In this document: piece after piece, positions 10,708-27,629 of the stretch
How the letters are laid out: every line of letters begins with the position of its first letter
Position numbering within the stretch: the first letter of the stretch is position 1
Assembly (NCBI GenBank): GCA_012295275.1
Contig: CM022672.1
Location: 14,508,001-14,572,000, forward strand
DNA: 64,000 nucleotides
Direction: 5' to 3'
Source of the DNA: Chrysomallon squamiferum
Taxonomy: Eukaryota; Animalia; Mollusca
Position numbers and translations under genes: made by a program
The notes under the pieces: generated by a model
Databases searched by the model: none
Told to the model about the DNA's origin: nothing
Seen by the model: the letters and a program-made list of their open reading frames with translations, nothing else

Positions 10708-13518
10708 TATATACATATATTTGTTTTTTTGTTTTGTTTTTTTTTTTTTTTGTTTTTTGTTGTTGTTTTTTTTTTTTTTACAATCATTTTGGCCGGTTTG
10801 TTGCTTGAGAATTTATTTTGTATAATAATCCTAATTATGGCTATAACTGATAACGCAAAAAAATTATTTAGGGTATTATATATAAATATATATATCCAAA
10901 GGCATTCAGTTTAAATATTTTAGATCCTTCTTACTGAAAATCTACTCGGTTGTTCTTAAAAAAACATATATTTTACATCACTTGAAACACGATTGTGGAC
11001 GTCTATGTCTAGTGTTCATTAATGTTCATTCTACGACAATCAGCTATTACTGGCGTGTATATTATTGATCATTTACTTGCATTTGACAATAACTGTGCAT
11101 GGTATTCCATTGTTACTGTGCTGTCGCCGTATTTATTGTTATCATGTGACTTGGGTTGTCAATAAAAAACGTCTTGTATTAGTTGTTATTTCTATTCATT
11201 ATTTATTTTATTTTATTTCATTTTATTTTCTGCAGTAGTAATAGTTGAATACCGTATTAAAATACACATGTACACCCAGATACAAAGACCCTCATATATG
11301 GCTATAAATAAATTAAGCAAACGCTTACATTTTATAATAATTATAATGATGTACACAGATACCTAATTAGTCATACAACCTTACCTACATACATACCTAC
11401 CTAAATATATACAAGCATAACTCATACGTGCATACATGCATGTTTAGAAACATAAATGAGTACACATAATGAGCATTCTAACTGAAATCAATTAGCTATT
11501 CGTTCCATCAATGAAAACCAATATTTACAACCAAGTACAAGTCATTCAGTACACAAAACAAACAAAAAGGGTGTTTGATAGAAAGAAAGAAGAACCTCCA
11601 GAAATGGACAGATTATAGACAGAGAGACAGTTAGATAACGAGGTAGACAGACAGACAGGTAGTTAGATAGATAGACAGACAGATAGCTAAATAGATAGAC
11701 AGATAGATAAAGAAATAAAGTAAATAAATAAATAATCATTTTCACAGAAACATCTATTTCATCCCATTCCAATTCAGTTTTTAATTTTTTTTTTTTTTTT
11801 TTTTTAGTAACACACAATAACAAAGAAAAAAAAAAGAAGACAAAACAACAACAACAACAACAACGAACGATCGTCTTTAACACGAGCGAGAGCAACAGAA
11901 GGAGACAAGAGAGAGACAGTTTAAAGATATGTACATTGGTTTTATGGAACGGTACGATCGCATTAACGCCGATGACCTGTTTGCCCTGCCAACGTGACAC
12001 GATCGATGCGCAATTGTGTTCATTATTGTCAGCAGTTTATAGCGAGCTGCCGTCGCGATCGCCACCAATTCACCAAGAGAGAGAGAGAGAGAGAGAGAGA
12101 GTTGATCTGACCGCCGCGGACGGACACCCTAAATCGAAGCAGCCATCTTCTTATCAGGCAATCAGTGACTAAAGGATAACGACTTAATGAATCAGGTGAA
12201 ATGACAATAAAAAGAGTTCACTGCGATTGGGGAAAAAAAAAAAAAAAAAATTCATCGATGATGATGACTCGGCTGGAGCACAATCGTTTAGCCGACTGCG
12301 CCATACAGCCGCGCAATAAATGATTCTTTTGTAGAGCGGCGCGGTGTAATCCGTTCATTAAAAAAAGAGCCTTGCCGAGTTTTCCCGTCGCTATTTCGGA
12401 TGAACGCGCCATCGGAAACTCGCTCTCGATAGCTCAACGACTAATTGAGCGCTGATCGAGGAAATCCATTTGCTGGCGACTTTTTCGAAATTACCGCTGC
12501 ACGAAAGAAGCGTTCGTGTCTACGTAGTTTGACCCTAATGTCTTTTCAAGTGTAAAGTGGCAATTTTCTCCTTTTTATTGACACTATCATTCTTATTGCA
12601 TGACGAAACGATCACGGCAACAGACTCTCCTCGCCTCGAGTGTCAGCTCCCTGATTGCTATTTATTACTTTCTTCTGTTCGCTTTAATATTGCTCGCTTT
12701 ACGAAGAGATAGACTGATTAGAAACACGACTTGTTGGTAATGATGAAAAATTCCGAGTAAAGATGCTTTAAGATGCTTAATGGCGGTTGTTTTAAGTGAC
12801 GAAGTGGTGTCTTGAAACTCCAGTTGGCCTGTAATGATAAAATATTAACAATTAAAGCGACCAAACAGCACGGCAAATTAGTATTAAAGACCCTATCTGC
12901 GTCACTCGCTATTTTCTCTTTCTTGATTTTTTTTTTTTTTTTTTTAATTTTTTATTTCTATCCCCTCTTTCTTGGTCTTTTTATATTCACTGAGGTGATT
13001 TGCATAGAAAGAAGGCTGAAAAGAAAGAACCATTTTGATGTGAAAAGGCTGTGAAGTATTAACAATTGAAACTCACTTTCTGTATGACTTGATGTAATAT
13101 GATATATATGTATGAATGTATGTATGTATGTATGTGTGTGTATGTATGTGTGTGTATGTATGTATGTGTGTGTGTGTATGAATGTATGTATGTATGTGTG
13201 TATGTGTGTATGTGTGTATGTATTTGTGTGTGTATGTGTGTATGTGTGTGTGTATGTATGTATTTATGTATGTATGTGTGTATGTATGAATGTATGCATG
13301 TATGTATGTGTGTATGTATGTGTGTATGTATGAATGTATGAATGGATGAATGGATGGATGGATGGATGGATGGATGGATGGATGGATGTTATGAAATAAT
13401 ATGTATATTTGAGAATGTATTAATGTATGTATATAATATTATGTATGTATTTACCCAGATATTCATAACTGCATTTTTAGTCAATTCGTCCATAACTATA
13501 TTCATAAATAAACGCGCT

Positions 13519-13591
<73 letters not shown>

Positions 13592-16166
13592 CAACATTTC
13601 CTCTAATTATTTTAACCAGGAACAAAAATGTCTCGGTTACTCATAGCTACCTCCTTATCATAAATACAAAATTAACAAAATTATTCAGAACAAAATTTTT
13701 ATGTTAAATAAAATGAACCAAATTAGCGTTAACTAACTGCGCGTTCCTAATCGCTCTCAGAAATCAGCAGAACTTTTCCCACTTACTCTTAACTGCATCC
13801 ACCTAACCATAAATGAAAGTTAATAACAATTAATAAATGGTTTCCGTTTGCACGCTTATACAACGGCTATATATATATATATATATTTTTTTTAAATTAT
13901 AAAAGAAAATTAATACGTATTCATGAACTAGCTAGCTGGCTGATGAAATAATGAAAAACACGGCGCTATTTGGAATTAATCGCAGACAGACAGCAAGGCA
14001 AGTATATATATATAAAATAAAATAAAATAAAATGAAAAACAACATGGCTTCTACGTTATCAGAATATTGGCCAATTAAAGTTTTTATGACAAGGTTTCGA
14101 GACCGGCGTAAAGTCTAATGAGAAATTTAAGAAAGTTTTTGATTTCCAGGCAGAGTGAGATTTATCTGGCTGTCGACAGCCAAATGCGTAGACGCTTTGT
14201 GTCGTAAATATCGCTACGTGTCTTCTTTAAATCAGCGGAAACTCTCAGCGTTAATTGGCTTATGGATAGGTTTATTATGTTGTCGGATAAACTCCTTAAT
14301 AGAGTCTTTATTTTGATGTTTCCAATGGGTGACACAGATGTACGCGTTTCAAATGTTATAACAGTATATAATTTCCTGTCTTATCTTTATCGTCTTGCTT
14401 TGTATATGTATATATATCTTCGTGCTGGCTTTATCGTGGACAGTGGATGCTTAAATTATATTAATAATATGATATCCTTCTTTAGTTTTGTTTTATGTGT
14501 CACTTCCAAAAAAAAAAAAAAAAAAGAAAAATAGAAAAAAATAAAAAAAAAGTATGAAAAAACAAAAACATACTCGTTAGTTTGTAAGGGAATATACGAA
14601 ATTGAAAAGAAAATTATTAAACACACAGAAACACACGGAAATACAATCACATTTATATAACATATGCAGTTGGATATTTTAGTAGCCCAAACTGAAAAGA
14701 AAGTGTAGAACATATATAATTAAAAGAGCAGATATTTTTATATTACGAAAAAAAAAAAAAAACATTTTATATAAAGAAAAGACATTAATGTTTAAGGCAT
14801 TCTGATATCTTTAAAAATAGAAGGAAAAAAAAAAAAAAAAAGATGAAAGATAAACGATCAGTTTTATCAGTCAGAATAAAAGAAAGAGACTACATCGATT
14901 CAAAAAAATCTTCTGTACATGTAGACATGCATGAAGTAATTTATAGTTTTACTCTCAGAACCGTTCTTACCGCCGTGTTACATGCATTAACAATGACAGG
15001 GCCCGAGAACGGAAGGATTCGAAAGAAAAACGGAATATTATGTAAAGACTTGTATTAATTTTATTGAGACATAAGGAAATTCTGATCAATTTCGTCATCC
15101 GATCTGAGTTAATGTATTTAATAAAATCGAAAAAATCGGTTTCACATTACTTAATGTAAAAAAAAAAAAAAAAAAAAAAAAATATGTCTTGATTACCCCA
15201 TATTTTGTAACATATGATAAAATTCAGTGTGGTTAATCAGGATTTTGATTTGATAATTTGTGTTATAATTTGTGTTGGCAAGCAAGCTACAGGTTCTGTT
15301 TCTATTGTAAAACTAGAAGTGATGAAGAACACCTTGACTTGTATGAGAAACAGTAAGACTTCGTTGACTGCTGTTTTTTTCACTATTTCTTTTATTTCCG
15401 TACACAAACATGTTTTGACAGCAGATTATAATCATCTTCACTGAAGACGATTCTAACTTGCTCCCAGTCCGTGTTGTCCGTGATAAATTTAAAAAAAAAA
15501 CCACAAAAAACCCCAAAGAAAAAAAAAAAAAACCACAAAGGAACATTGCATACAATTTGTTTCCCGTGTATTATCGTGTTAATAGAAATAAATTAACACA
15601 CTGGGTGTAATACCTGGAAATATGACCTATATTCATGTACTGTTAAACTAAGAATACAAAAACAGGTGTGGAAGTGAGTTTTCTTTCACTAGAACCAGAA
15701 CCACGCCACATCTAACAGCACTTCCGACCTTACACTTCTAACCAGCAACTTACACTTCACCCGCCATGCTTGCTGCGGACATAGCTCGGGTCAGCTCCTG
15801 TATTAACCATTTCGTAATGAGTCTGACTTAAAGAAATGACTTAAAAACACTATAATTCAGAAATATAGTCATCCTTACTCGGTTCCTTTTAATGAAACAT
15901 CAAAGTCATCGAAACACAAAGACCGCACAGCAAACCGGACACTTTTACTGTCGCTAATTATCAGTTAATACGTGCAGAGCAGCTGAGCAGATCATAATCC
16001 AATAGCACAGAGCTGCCAATACACACAACAACCTCTTTTCACGGATCACTCATTTACCTGACAATAATAAAAAAAAACCCCAAAACCAAAAAAGGATTCC
16101 TGGAGACTAAAATGTGAGAGAATCAGGATTAAAACCATATAATGAAACATATTACTGCAAATAATA

Positions 16167-16292
16167 TATAAAAGTATTATATATATATATATATATATTC
16201 AAGATCATATAAAAGTATTATATATATATATATACAAGATCATATAAAATTATTATATATATATATATAGATATATATATTCAAGATCATAT
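16167..16292. repeat. Three-copy compound repeat (AAAAGTATT-(AT)n-CAAGATCATAT)
   Basis: Directly visible; unit length varies with the (AT)n tract. Confidence 0.8.
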
Positions 16293-17423
16293 ACATAAGT
16301 GATTACAGATTTTTACAATACATCATCAAAACACGCTTTCATTATTACTTACTAACAGCGACCATCAAACTGTTCTGACTAGAGAGTCCAATCAAACATA
16401 GGTGTGCATAGACTTATTCCTCTGTGATTGTTTGATCATTTGTTCTAGGCCTACTTGTCTCTTAAAAATGAACTTAAAGTCATTAGATAAAATGACGTCA
16501 ACGAATATATATATATATGTATATATTCTGTTTACAAATTACGTCATTTGTTGCGTCGGGATAATAGCATGACGTCATAACAAGTGAGGTAAAAGTAAAC
16601 ACTGCTGTTATTTAAGCAGGTAGGAGCTTTCCTTCTTCTTCTTCTTCGTATTGTGGTTGTTGTTGTTGTTGCTGTTGTTGTTGTTGTTACTGTTATTAAT
16701 ATCATCATTGCTGTTGTTCTTGATGCTGTTATAATAGTATTAGTAGTAATAATAGTAGAAGTAATACTGAAGCACTTTTAGTTGTACTAGCAGTAATAGC
16801 AGTAATAACAATAAGAGCGATTATTATTATTATTATTATTATTATTTTTTTTTTATTATTATTATTATCATCATCATCTTCATGAAGATTTTACTTAATA
16901 ATGTTCTAATAACATGATTGGCCGAATTTTTTTTTATTACCCACTCGATCCTGTTTTCAACAACTGTTTAAATTTCAGGCAAGTTCTTAGAACTATATAT
17001 ACCACCATCACAACAGCTGCCACTACTACTACTGCTTTAATACCTCGCATACAACTACTACCGTCACACCTTTGTTTTACAACTACTATACTACATCAAC
17101 AACAAGAAATAGAATATCACTACTACTACAACTCTGCTGCTGTTGCTGTTGCTACTATTACTACTGCTACCAGGACACTTACTGCTTTACTGTTATCACC
17201 AATACAACAACAACAACATCTGCTACCACTACCACCACAACCGACAAAATAATTCCTTCTGTATTATTATTGCCATTATTATCATTACTTCTACTACTAC
17301 TACTACTACTACTACTAATATTTATCATAACAGCAACAACAACAGCAGCAACAATAAAAACAACAAACCACAGAATAATAATAATAGTAATAGTAATAGT
17401 AATAATAATAATAATAATAGTAG

Positions 17424-17454
<31 letters not shown>

Positions 17455-17456
17455 AA

Positions 17457-17507
<51 letters not shown>

Positions 17508-17935
17508 AACATTCCGCATATTAAAGAAAACAAAATGTTCTTTTTTAGCTAGGGCACATCTGCAATACCACCCATCTATCTCCTCCCCCGGCATATTTCT
17601 CTGTTTCCGGACCTGCACTTCACTTTACATGTACATCAACTTAGAGAACATTTTCCTTTGAGTCTGTATCAACAAAAGAAGTAATTGTGACGAGCGTCGT
17701 CAGATTTCTATGGAGGACTTTTTAGACAGCTCCGTCCTAATTAGAACGAAATTCAGTGTTTGCTGGCTATGAGTGGTGTAAAGGCCGTTACTGTGTTTGC
17801 TGAGAATTAAACGATTTGAAAGGATCCCATCTCTGTCGATTGATCCGTGAGGTGAATAAGGGAAAGGAAACAGAGAAAGAGAGAGAGAGGAACAGATAGC
17901 GTGAATGTGTGTGTCTGTGTATGAGTCACATTGAG

Positions 17936-18033
<98 letters not shown>

Positions 18034-18188
18034 TCTCAGTATTGGTATAAGAAAAAGACAGTCTGTACATAACTACATAGGCTGACAGAGAGAAAATGGA
18101 CAGGACAGAAAGAGAGATAGACAGAAAGACATTCAGATAGAAATATACATATATACATAAATGCATATATATACATATATATATTCAT

Positions 18189-18590
<402 letters not shown>

Positions 18591-19122
18591 ATGAAAAGTC
18601 TTGCTGCGGATCGATGCGGAATATCTGTTAGATTTCACGTGACAAGATACAGTCCTGAAATTAAACGACAGTTGACCAGCGGTCTCAATTGATTTCGATC
18701 CAAGCTTTGTGAGTTTGTTATCAACCGCTATCTCCAGGGCCAACTGAAATTAACAGCTAAAACCGTTTCGTTATTTCAAGCATCTGTCATTTAATGTGTG
18801 TCTCGTTTCGGAACAATTTTTTTTTTTTTTTTTTTTCAGAAAACGACGAACTATTAAAAATGAAAATTGAACGTGCATGTAAACAAATATATAAATACTC
18901 ATAAAGATACTCATTTAAACAAAAACGGCAATTTTATTTTTATTATTATTATTATTAGTAGTAGTAGTAGTAGTAGTAGTAGCATGACTATTATTATCAT
19001 CATTAAAATGATGAGCATCACCGTCACCGCCTCAGTCATGAGTATTGTAACTACTACAACTACTACAACTACTCCTATTGTAAGTACTATAATATACATG
19101 TGTATGTATGTATATTATCTAC

Positions 19123-19230
<108 letters not shown>

Positions 19231-20112
19231 AAAAAAAAAGAAACCCAACAACACGAAATAAAAAAATTTAAAGACGAAGAAGAAGAAGAAGAAGAAGAAA
19301 ATAGAAACTTGCCATTAACAACAACGGACGGTTGGGATCGCCATGTTGCTGAAGTAAATTTATATCTTTATTGCGCTTTGATTTGCAACTTATCACAGTT
19401 GTTCCCTATCAGCGAACCTGGTGTTAATTGCAAAGCCACGTGTGACAAGCACAAACAAAGAGCTGCATCAATTGCCCGCGTAGATTGCCCTTCAGCTGAT
19501 CGATTGGACATCATCATTGCTCAGCGCCCTAATGTGTCTGATTAATAACCAATTCTGATAGTTGTGCTGAGGCTGAACAGATGATATTGAAATTGTTTTT
19601 TGATGCTGAAACCAGAATCATCAAGCTGACTTGAAATGGAAACAAAAAGAGATGGAGAGAAAAAAAAAAAAAAAAAAAAAAAAAAGAAGTAAAAAGTAAA
19701 GAGAAAGTAACGCTACTGAAGAAATAATAAATAAATAATAATAAAAAATAAATAAATAAATAATATAAATAAAATAAAATAAAATAATCAATAAATAAAA
19801 AATGAAATAAAATAAGGAAACAAACAAATAATAAAAGCTATGATGTTGAAGATGGTGATGATGATAAAAATAAACAAATAAATCGTACCACTGATAGTTC
19901 CTAATATACACAAGCCGTTGCTATAACGATTTATGTACGAATGCAACATAAATTAAAAGTATACACAATTAAAAATAGCATCTCATTAATTTATTTATTT
20001 ATACATTTAGTCTATGTTTGACCATCTTCACCGAAGTATATAATTCTATGACGTAAGTTTTCTTTTTATACATCTTTTCTAATTTCCTTTAGTAATTTAT
20101 ATATATGTAATC

Positions 20113-20157
<45 letters not shown>

Positions 20158-20401
20158 CCTGTAATCACTAAACATAGTGACAAGGTACGATAACTAGATA
20201 ACTGTCTATGTTTTCTGCCACTCAGATAATGATAGTGTATTCATTTATAAAGCACCGTCACAGATCGGTAAACACTAATCCCGTTCTAAACCCGAACAAC
20301 CAAATTTAATCATAAACCACATCAAAATTTCAATTATCGTTTATTTTATTTAATTTTTTTTACTTCCACGGATAAATTTTACAAGCAAAAAAAAAAAAAA
20401 G

Positions 20402-20436
<35 letters not shown>

Positions 20437-21573
20437 CCAGCAGAGATTCTTGATTCATTTTAAACCACCTCGCGACAATTCTGCGCCGTCTTGAGAGACC
20501 AGCGTAATGAAGCGCAATGAAACAATTTGCGAGGAGGTCGAGAAGGCGAAAATCTTGTTTTCCTACTTATCCACTGCTGGGATATTTCGTTATGTCGTGG
20601 AAATCTAGTTGACTGGTGGAGAGAGAAAGACAGACGGCACCACGACAAGAACGTAACATCATTTAAACTTCTGTTAGCGTGTTTGTGTGTGAGTGAGAGC
20701 GAGACAGAGATGGAGAGAGAGAGAGAGAAAAAAAAGAATTCTTCATGGTTTCGAGCTGGGCTATGAAAAGCTTGCCCCCCCACCCCCAGAGGACTACTTT
20801 CACGCCATCTCCCGCCTTCAACAAGACAAGAGCTATGGCGCGCTGGCTATTCAATTAGTATTGGTTTTGTCAAATATCTCAACTAATTTGTTGCTCTATC
20901 ATCGTTCGCAGTCTATTACCGCTAATTAACGATAGCAAGCCCATCGTAATGGGATTGTTAAGTACTAGTGTAATCTTTAATTGCTCGCCGAATACAGAGC
21001 TCCATTAAAGGCCGCGGCTTGTCGATTTAATGGCAGGACGAGAAATGATGGTGGAAGAAAAGAATGGCGTCCTTTTTTTTTTTTTTTTTTTCCCCCTTTT
21101 AATTGCCATCTCACTTTAACATGTCTTCCTGTTGCCTTTATCAAAACACTCACCAGATATCAGAAATCTGGGAGAAACGCTGAGAATTTTTCATTGTTCG
21201 ACCGCGACATAAAAAAAAAGATTCCTCTCCGTGACAAGCGTGGTTTGATTAGTTATCGGAGTGGTGGAAATGTCGTTTCAGTCGCTGCACGCGAGAGTGT
21301 GTTATACCAATAGAGTTATTTTTATAAAAAGTCTACATAATAATAAGAACAAAAGAAAAAAAAAAGTTGTCATTATATATTTCGTAAAATGTTAAATTCT
21401 AAATTCCTTACATGTTCTGTAATCTTTCTCGAATTCCATTTTTTTTTTTTTTTTTCCTCTTGGTTTATTGTTTTGAATAATAGTTGTTTATTTTATTTAA
21501 TAATATCACTTGAACACATTTATTATTATTAAATTTTTTTTATTACTATCTTTTATTATTATTGTTATTGTTA

Positions 21574-21626
<53 letters not shown>

Positions 21627-23715
21627 TTATTATTATTTTAATATTGACAAGCGGATGTCAAACGCTTATAAAATAAAATGCATTAGACGAAAGCAACTGT
21701 CTGGAACGGGAAATGTTCAGTCATGGAGAGCTACAGCCGGCTTATTAACGGACTCAGAGTATGTCAAATTTTCAATTAAAAATGTAGGAAGACACAAAGA
21801 GAAGGTCGAAGTTTTAACTAATTTCTTCTTTGTTCTTCCTTTTTTTCTTCTTCTAATTTTTCTTTTTTGCAAACAACTGTTCAGTAACTGAGTGATAATT
21901 GGCTGCGAGTTCTGTTCGCACCATTGACTTATTTTACAACATGGTTCTAAGATCGGACATTAATTGATCACTTTAGCTCTAATTACGTGGCAGGTACTGT
22001 CATGTCTACCATTCAGATAGAAATACCAAACTGAAGTGAGTATTTACAGAATAATGTCGTCCAGATAGAGGCTTTCAGTAGAGAGATTAGTGCTATAGGC
22101 TGTGGTTATCTAGTTGTACGTCAAGATCTATGAAACATAATCAAATTCTAGATTAAGAAAATGGCTGTATATTTTAGACAGTTGCGCAAATAGTATTTTT
22201 CTCTTCGTCAAGAACCTAATCTTCATTGCAAACACTGTTTTTGGTCACTCATACACACACAGACACACAGACACACACATACAAACACACATTCACACTC
22301 ACACCCCAACACTCAGTCACCAACACACTCACACACATTCACACTCACCTCCCAACACACACACACACTCACTCACACACAAACACATATAAACACAGAG
22401 TCTTTTCTGAAATACTGATTTCCGCCACAGTTAACATTACATCATCACGGTCACCAATATAACCATCATTATCACAACGATCCTAATTATTATTATTATT
22501 ACACAACGTCCTTCATCGCCACTCACTACTTCACAAATCTAAAAATACCGTCGCATTGTGGAAACAGTAACATTTAGGGCGAGCGGGATAAGTGCCACAC
22601 ACGATATTAATGCACCTCAACAGCTGTGTTCTGGGTGTTAATTTTCACATCACTCCGGCACAGTACGACGACAGCGAGATGGCCAGAAGACGTTCCGCCA
22701 GCTTAATGGACTTATTATTGCCTCCAGCTAAATGGCTATCGCTCAAGAACGCGTTGTTGGAAAAAACGGGGAGAGCACGACAAATGGCGTTCCGCGACTC
22801 CAGCAGCAACGGCTTGTCTTTGTTTTTCTATTAAACACACAACACAGACGTTCCCAGACTACTGAGAGAGCCAGGTTGTTATTGCTGTGAAAGACGATAC
22901 GTCAACGAACGTTAAAAGTACTGGAAAGACTCGTTAATGCGATTGGTAACACTGTTAGTAACAATACCGCTTGAACACAGATTCATTTTTATCAGATTTT
23001 GTTATCAACATGTTGTCGTAGGTTTTGATTAACGTAATTTATTCGCTGGGGTTTTTTTTTTTTTTTTTTGTTTTTCTGATGTGAAGCTTGTTACCCCTTC
23101 TCTGACCTGGTTTGTCTTTAGACGTTCTTTCCTGTCTGTTGATGAACTTGTCCAATTCTACGATGCTTATATAAATCTTGTCCATCTTTTAAAATTTAAG
23201 TCTAATGTCCAAACGCCAAGCAGTGGTTTGAAAACTGGTTGTAATAACACAACAGCACTTAGGGATTATTGAGTCCTGCTCCAGGCATCAACATTACATT
23301 GTATCAAAAGTGACAGAGAATAAAAATTGAAGATGAAGCGAAATTGCCAGCAGCTTTTTCTCTCTTAACCAAAAGTAAACACAGAACATATAGCTAGAAG
23401 GGCAAGCGTCTTGGTTTAATGACAGAAACAACGTTTGCACGGACCTGCCAGGTTTTCGGAAATGCATGATCACTGAAACGAAGGTCCCTAGTGTTTCCTT
23501 TGTCGTGTGTTTTTCTTAAGTCTGTAGAAAGAAACTCGTGGCCAGGGCTCTAGGGATGAGACCATCAGACTTGCTGACTCGAGCTCTAAGTCCTAACTCA
23601 ATTCTCCCTGAATTTTAACGACTGGAAATTTAAAAATTCTTGAGCTGTTTGATGTTTGTCATACTAGTGACGATGTCAGATCATTTAATTCGTTAAGTGA
23701 ACCATTTATTCAAGA

Positions 23716-23864
<149 letters not shown>

Positions 23865-25628
23865 ACTGTCACACGAAACTATATTTCATCAGAATGGAAA
23901 AACTAAAATTTCAAATTGTTAAATGAAAAAAAAATATAGCAATTAATGAAACTGTTATACATATATATGATTTTTCAAATGAACACTGACTGTGGTTGAA
24001 ATAAATCATACGAGAACTTATTAGAAATACATAACAGAGTGAAAACTCCGCAAGTACAATACATTCTGAAAATTTAGACAGAAAATAGCTGTAAGACATA
24101 AACCAACATATGATTATAGGCTTTTATGCCCAGATTAAAGCCTTAAAGACGTTTAATACTCTTGAACGATTTGTCTGCTTGATATATGTTTCAGTTATTG
24201 TTCTGCTTTATTTATTCTTTTTAATCTGTAAGCTTTATTGCTTGATAAAACAAGGGCAAAATTTGTTTTTCACGACATTAAGGAAGGTTAAAACGTTTAA
24301 TTTTACAAACGCTCTGTCTTTTGGCAGACACAGTGCCAAGTGAAGCAATTTCATCGTTTTCTTGTAAAAACACGGCAATAATTTTAAATAAATGTCGCCC
24401 ATAAAGCTCTTTCATTATGCCATGCACAATTGCTCCATGCGTAAACGGTTATTACCGTCTAAAGCACAGGAGCCGTTTCGTAGCAAATCAGACTACAGAC
24501 ATTATGAAGAACCGATCAGTATCTCCTAAATTGGTAATTGCAAAGCAGGCAGATATAAATGCAATAATCCTCGTGACATCTGACCAGCGCTGGGGTCATC
24601 TTTAAAGAGAAAGCCGAAAATCTCGACGTCTGGGAGAGAGAATTGCCTTCGGGGATTCACTGGGATAAATTGCTTTAAGATTGATTTCGGGCTATTACCG
24701 CGAATGCAATATAAACCGGTGCTTGCGGAGACGTTGCGCAGCGCTGACAGTCGTTATCGTAGCGATGTAACGGCAATCAGTGGATTGGATTCGAAAGGAC
24801 GCGTTCGATTTGCGTGCAGTCGGTTAAACTTGCCTCGTCGATCCGTGTGATCACAGCGCTAATGGCAGACAAACGCTGGTTTATTGGAATCAATATGTCA
24901 AGCAAAAGACCTTTAGACCGCCATTGGCTTTTGCAAGTCTTTCCCCTTCTCTCCGTACGCGTCCTAAAACGCGTGATTTAACCTTAAATGTATTTTGGAA
25001 TAAAAAAGAAAAAAAAAAAAAGAAACAGAACAGAAAAAAAAAGAAAAAAAAGTTGCAAATTTTTCATGAACGCTGACTCGGTGATGGTTTTAATTACAAG
25101 CCGATCACTCCAGGCCATTTCCTTAGTTCCACTCGAGTCCACATGCTAATCGACGCTTCGATGAACTTCAATCGCTAGAATATTGCCCAGATACAAATGC
25201 GACCATTTTACGTTATTCCAGGCGCATGAATCTGGGATGCAGACCCGCGGCTATTGGCGGGAGATGAGTTTAATCAGATATGTGAGGCGAGAACTAACTC
25301 TTTGACTTCTGTCACGAAAGAAGCATTTTAATTTTGTTTGATTTACGACCACTATTCCCAAGAGAGAAATCTTGGACGAAATTTTTTTTTTTTTTTTTTT
25401 TTATTTCTTCTTCTTCTTCTTTTTTTTTTTTTTTTTTTTTTTTTAAGAAAAAAAAAAGAAGGGAGTAGTAACCTGAGGTAAAAAGAAAAAAACTATATTA
25501 AAATAATCGTGTTTCTCATGAACTTTGTAACATTCAGACGTACGGCCAGAGGTGCCAGGCACAGCCATGTTTTACTCTAATCGAATATCTGTTTAATTTT
25601 TGTTTGAGTTTCCAAAAGTAATATATAT

Positions 25629-25691
<63 letters not shown>

Positions 25692-25820
25692 TATAGATAG
25701 ATAGATGGATGGATGGATAGATAGATAGATAGATGTGTGTGTGTGTGCTTAAACACATACATGTGAATATTTAAAAACATTTTTTAAAGTTTTATTAAGA
25801 TTGTTCTCATGTTATTATGT

Positions 25821-25893
<73 letters not shown>

Positions 25894-27245
25894 GCAAAAT
25901 TATATTGATTATTATTTAGTTTCTTTGAACCAAGTCGTTTATTATGATCTCTTCGTGAAATTAAAATAATGTATTTTCGAAAACGTGATACACGTGTCTG
26001 CACTTTAACAGACGAAATCGTTTAATAACTAATCTGTAATAATTTTCATTCTTCCGCAATAACTTAATTCTTTTCTTTACTTATTTTCTTTTTAATTTTT
26101 AATTTTTTTTTTTTAATTTTTTTTTTTTTTTTTTTTCTTACGTCTATTTGAAAACTACAAACTGTTATTACAATGTCTTCGTTTTAGTTTAATCTAGGTC
26201 GCGGTGTATTTTCATCGAAATATTATCATTGCAGAATACGGGGGAAACGACGAGTTTGACCTCGGTAATACAAGAAGTCGCTTTCAGAAGTAATGCGGAA
26301 TGACGTTTATCCTCGGCAACTAGGGCGTTTCCTGGCATTTGTGGACCGACGGATCAGAGGTTTTTTTTTTTTTATCGCACACGCTACACGGCAGTGTTTA
26401 CGGCGGTGGGAATTACCACTCGCGAGTCGAGTTTCATTGCGGCATTAAAAGCGTATGGACTCGGTGTCACGATTCACGCCGAAATAAACGATAATTGAGG
26501 ACTGAAAAAAAAAAAAAACGAATGATAAATGCGTGCAAATCAAGACTATCTTGTCGGACGTCAAATACGGTTTCAATTGGAGCGATAATCTTCGTGATAA
26601 CAAAAAATTAAACAGTTTAAAAAAGAAAAAAAAAAAAGAAGAGACGAGTGATACGCTCAGTGGGGAAGGAAGGGTAATAAATACTTCAAGTGCCATGGAA
26701 GCGGGCTGGAAACCAAGACGGGCCCCGCAATGCACAGTAAAGCCCACGAACGGTTAAGCCTCTGCGATTTAGACAAAAAGGACGTTTAATCAAATTGGCC
26801 GAGCAGGAGGCTTTAAAAAAACGAAGCCTGTATCGGGAGACGGAGGTACAGGTGTAGAATTAAGCTGGCAGGAAATCTGCAGGTGTTATACGCCGCGCGA
26901 AAGATTCCCCAGATCGATTTTTCATTAGCACCGCAAAAACGACCAAGTAAGTGGCTCTTTATTGGTGGAATACTCGATAACAGACATGTCGGTTAGACTG
27001 AATAACATTTCATCCGTCAATTCATTTAACACCATCAAACAGACATCTGATCCCGATGGATTTGTGTAGAAATGCTGCTCGGGCGAATCCAAATTTTCTG
27101 TAAAGGGGGGTGGGTGGTGGTGCGGTTGAGGAACGATTTTTAGAAGATAGAATTAGTTATGTAAAACATAAATAAATAAATAAACGAAAATGAAAATAAT
27201 AATAATAAAACATGAATAATAAATAAATTAAAAAAATTAAAATAC

Positions 27246-27297
<52 letters not shown>

Positions 27298-27459
27298 TTA
27301 ATAATAAAATAATAACCAAATTTCGTTTCGCTTAAAATATAGAAAAAAAAGAAGAAAAGAAAGGGTTACACGGATATGTGGATACGCCTTATGTTGCACT
27401 TTTCTGTTAAACGTGTGAAACGCTGTTATTTGACTTCTTTTTATCAGTTTTTATTTATA

Positions 27460-27511
<52 letters not shown>

Positions 27512-27539
27512 CTATCTCTCTACATATCTACCTATATAC

Positions 27540-27573
<34 letters not shown>

Positions 27574-27585
27574 GAATATCTATAT

Positions 27586-27629
<44 letters not shown>

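Noticed and set aside
15748-15775. Minus-strand AAGCATGGCGGGTGAAGT|GTAAGT looking like a first coding exon
   Set aside because: No downstream coding exons could be found to join; the motif is short enough to be chance.
22099-22165. Resemblance to miR-9 (GCTGTGGTTATCTAGTTGTACGT, 18/23) with a weak star-like segment downstream
   Set aside because: The seed is mismatched, hairpin pairing is poor, and this level of match is expected by chance when many miRNAs are considered.
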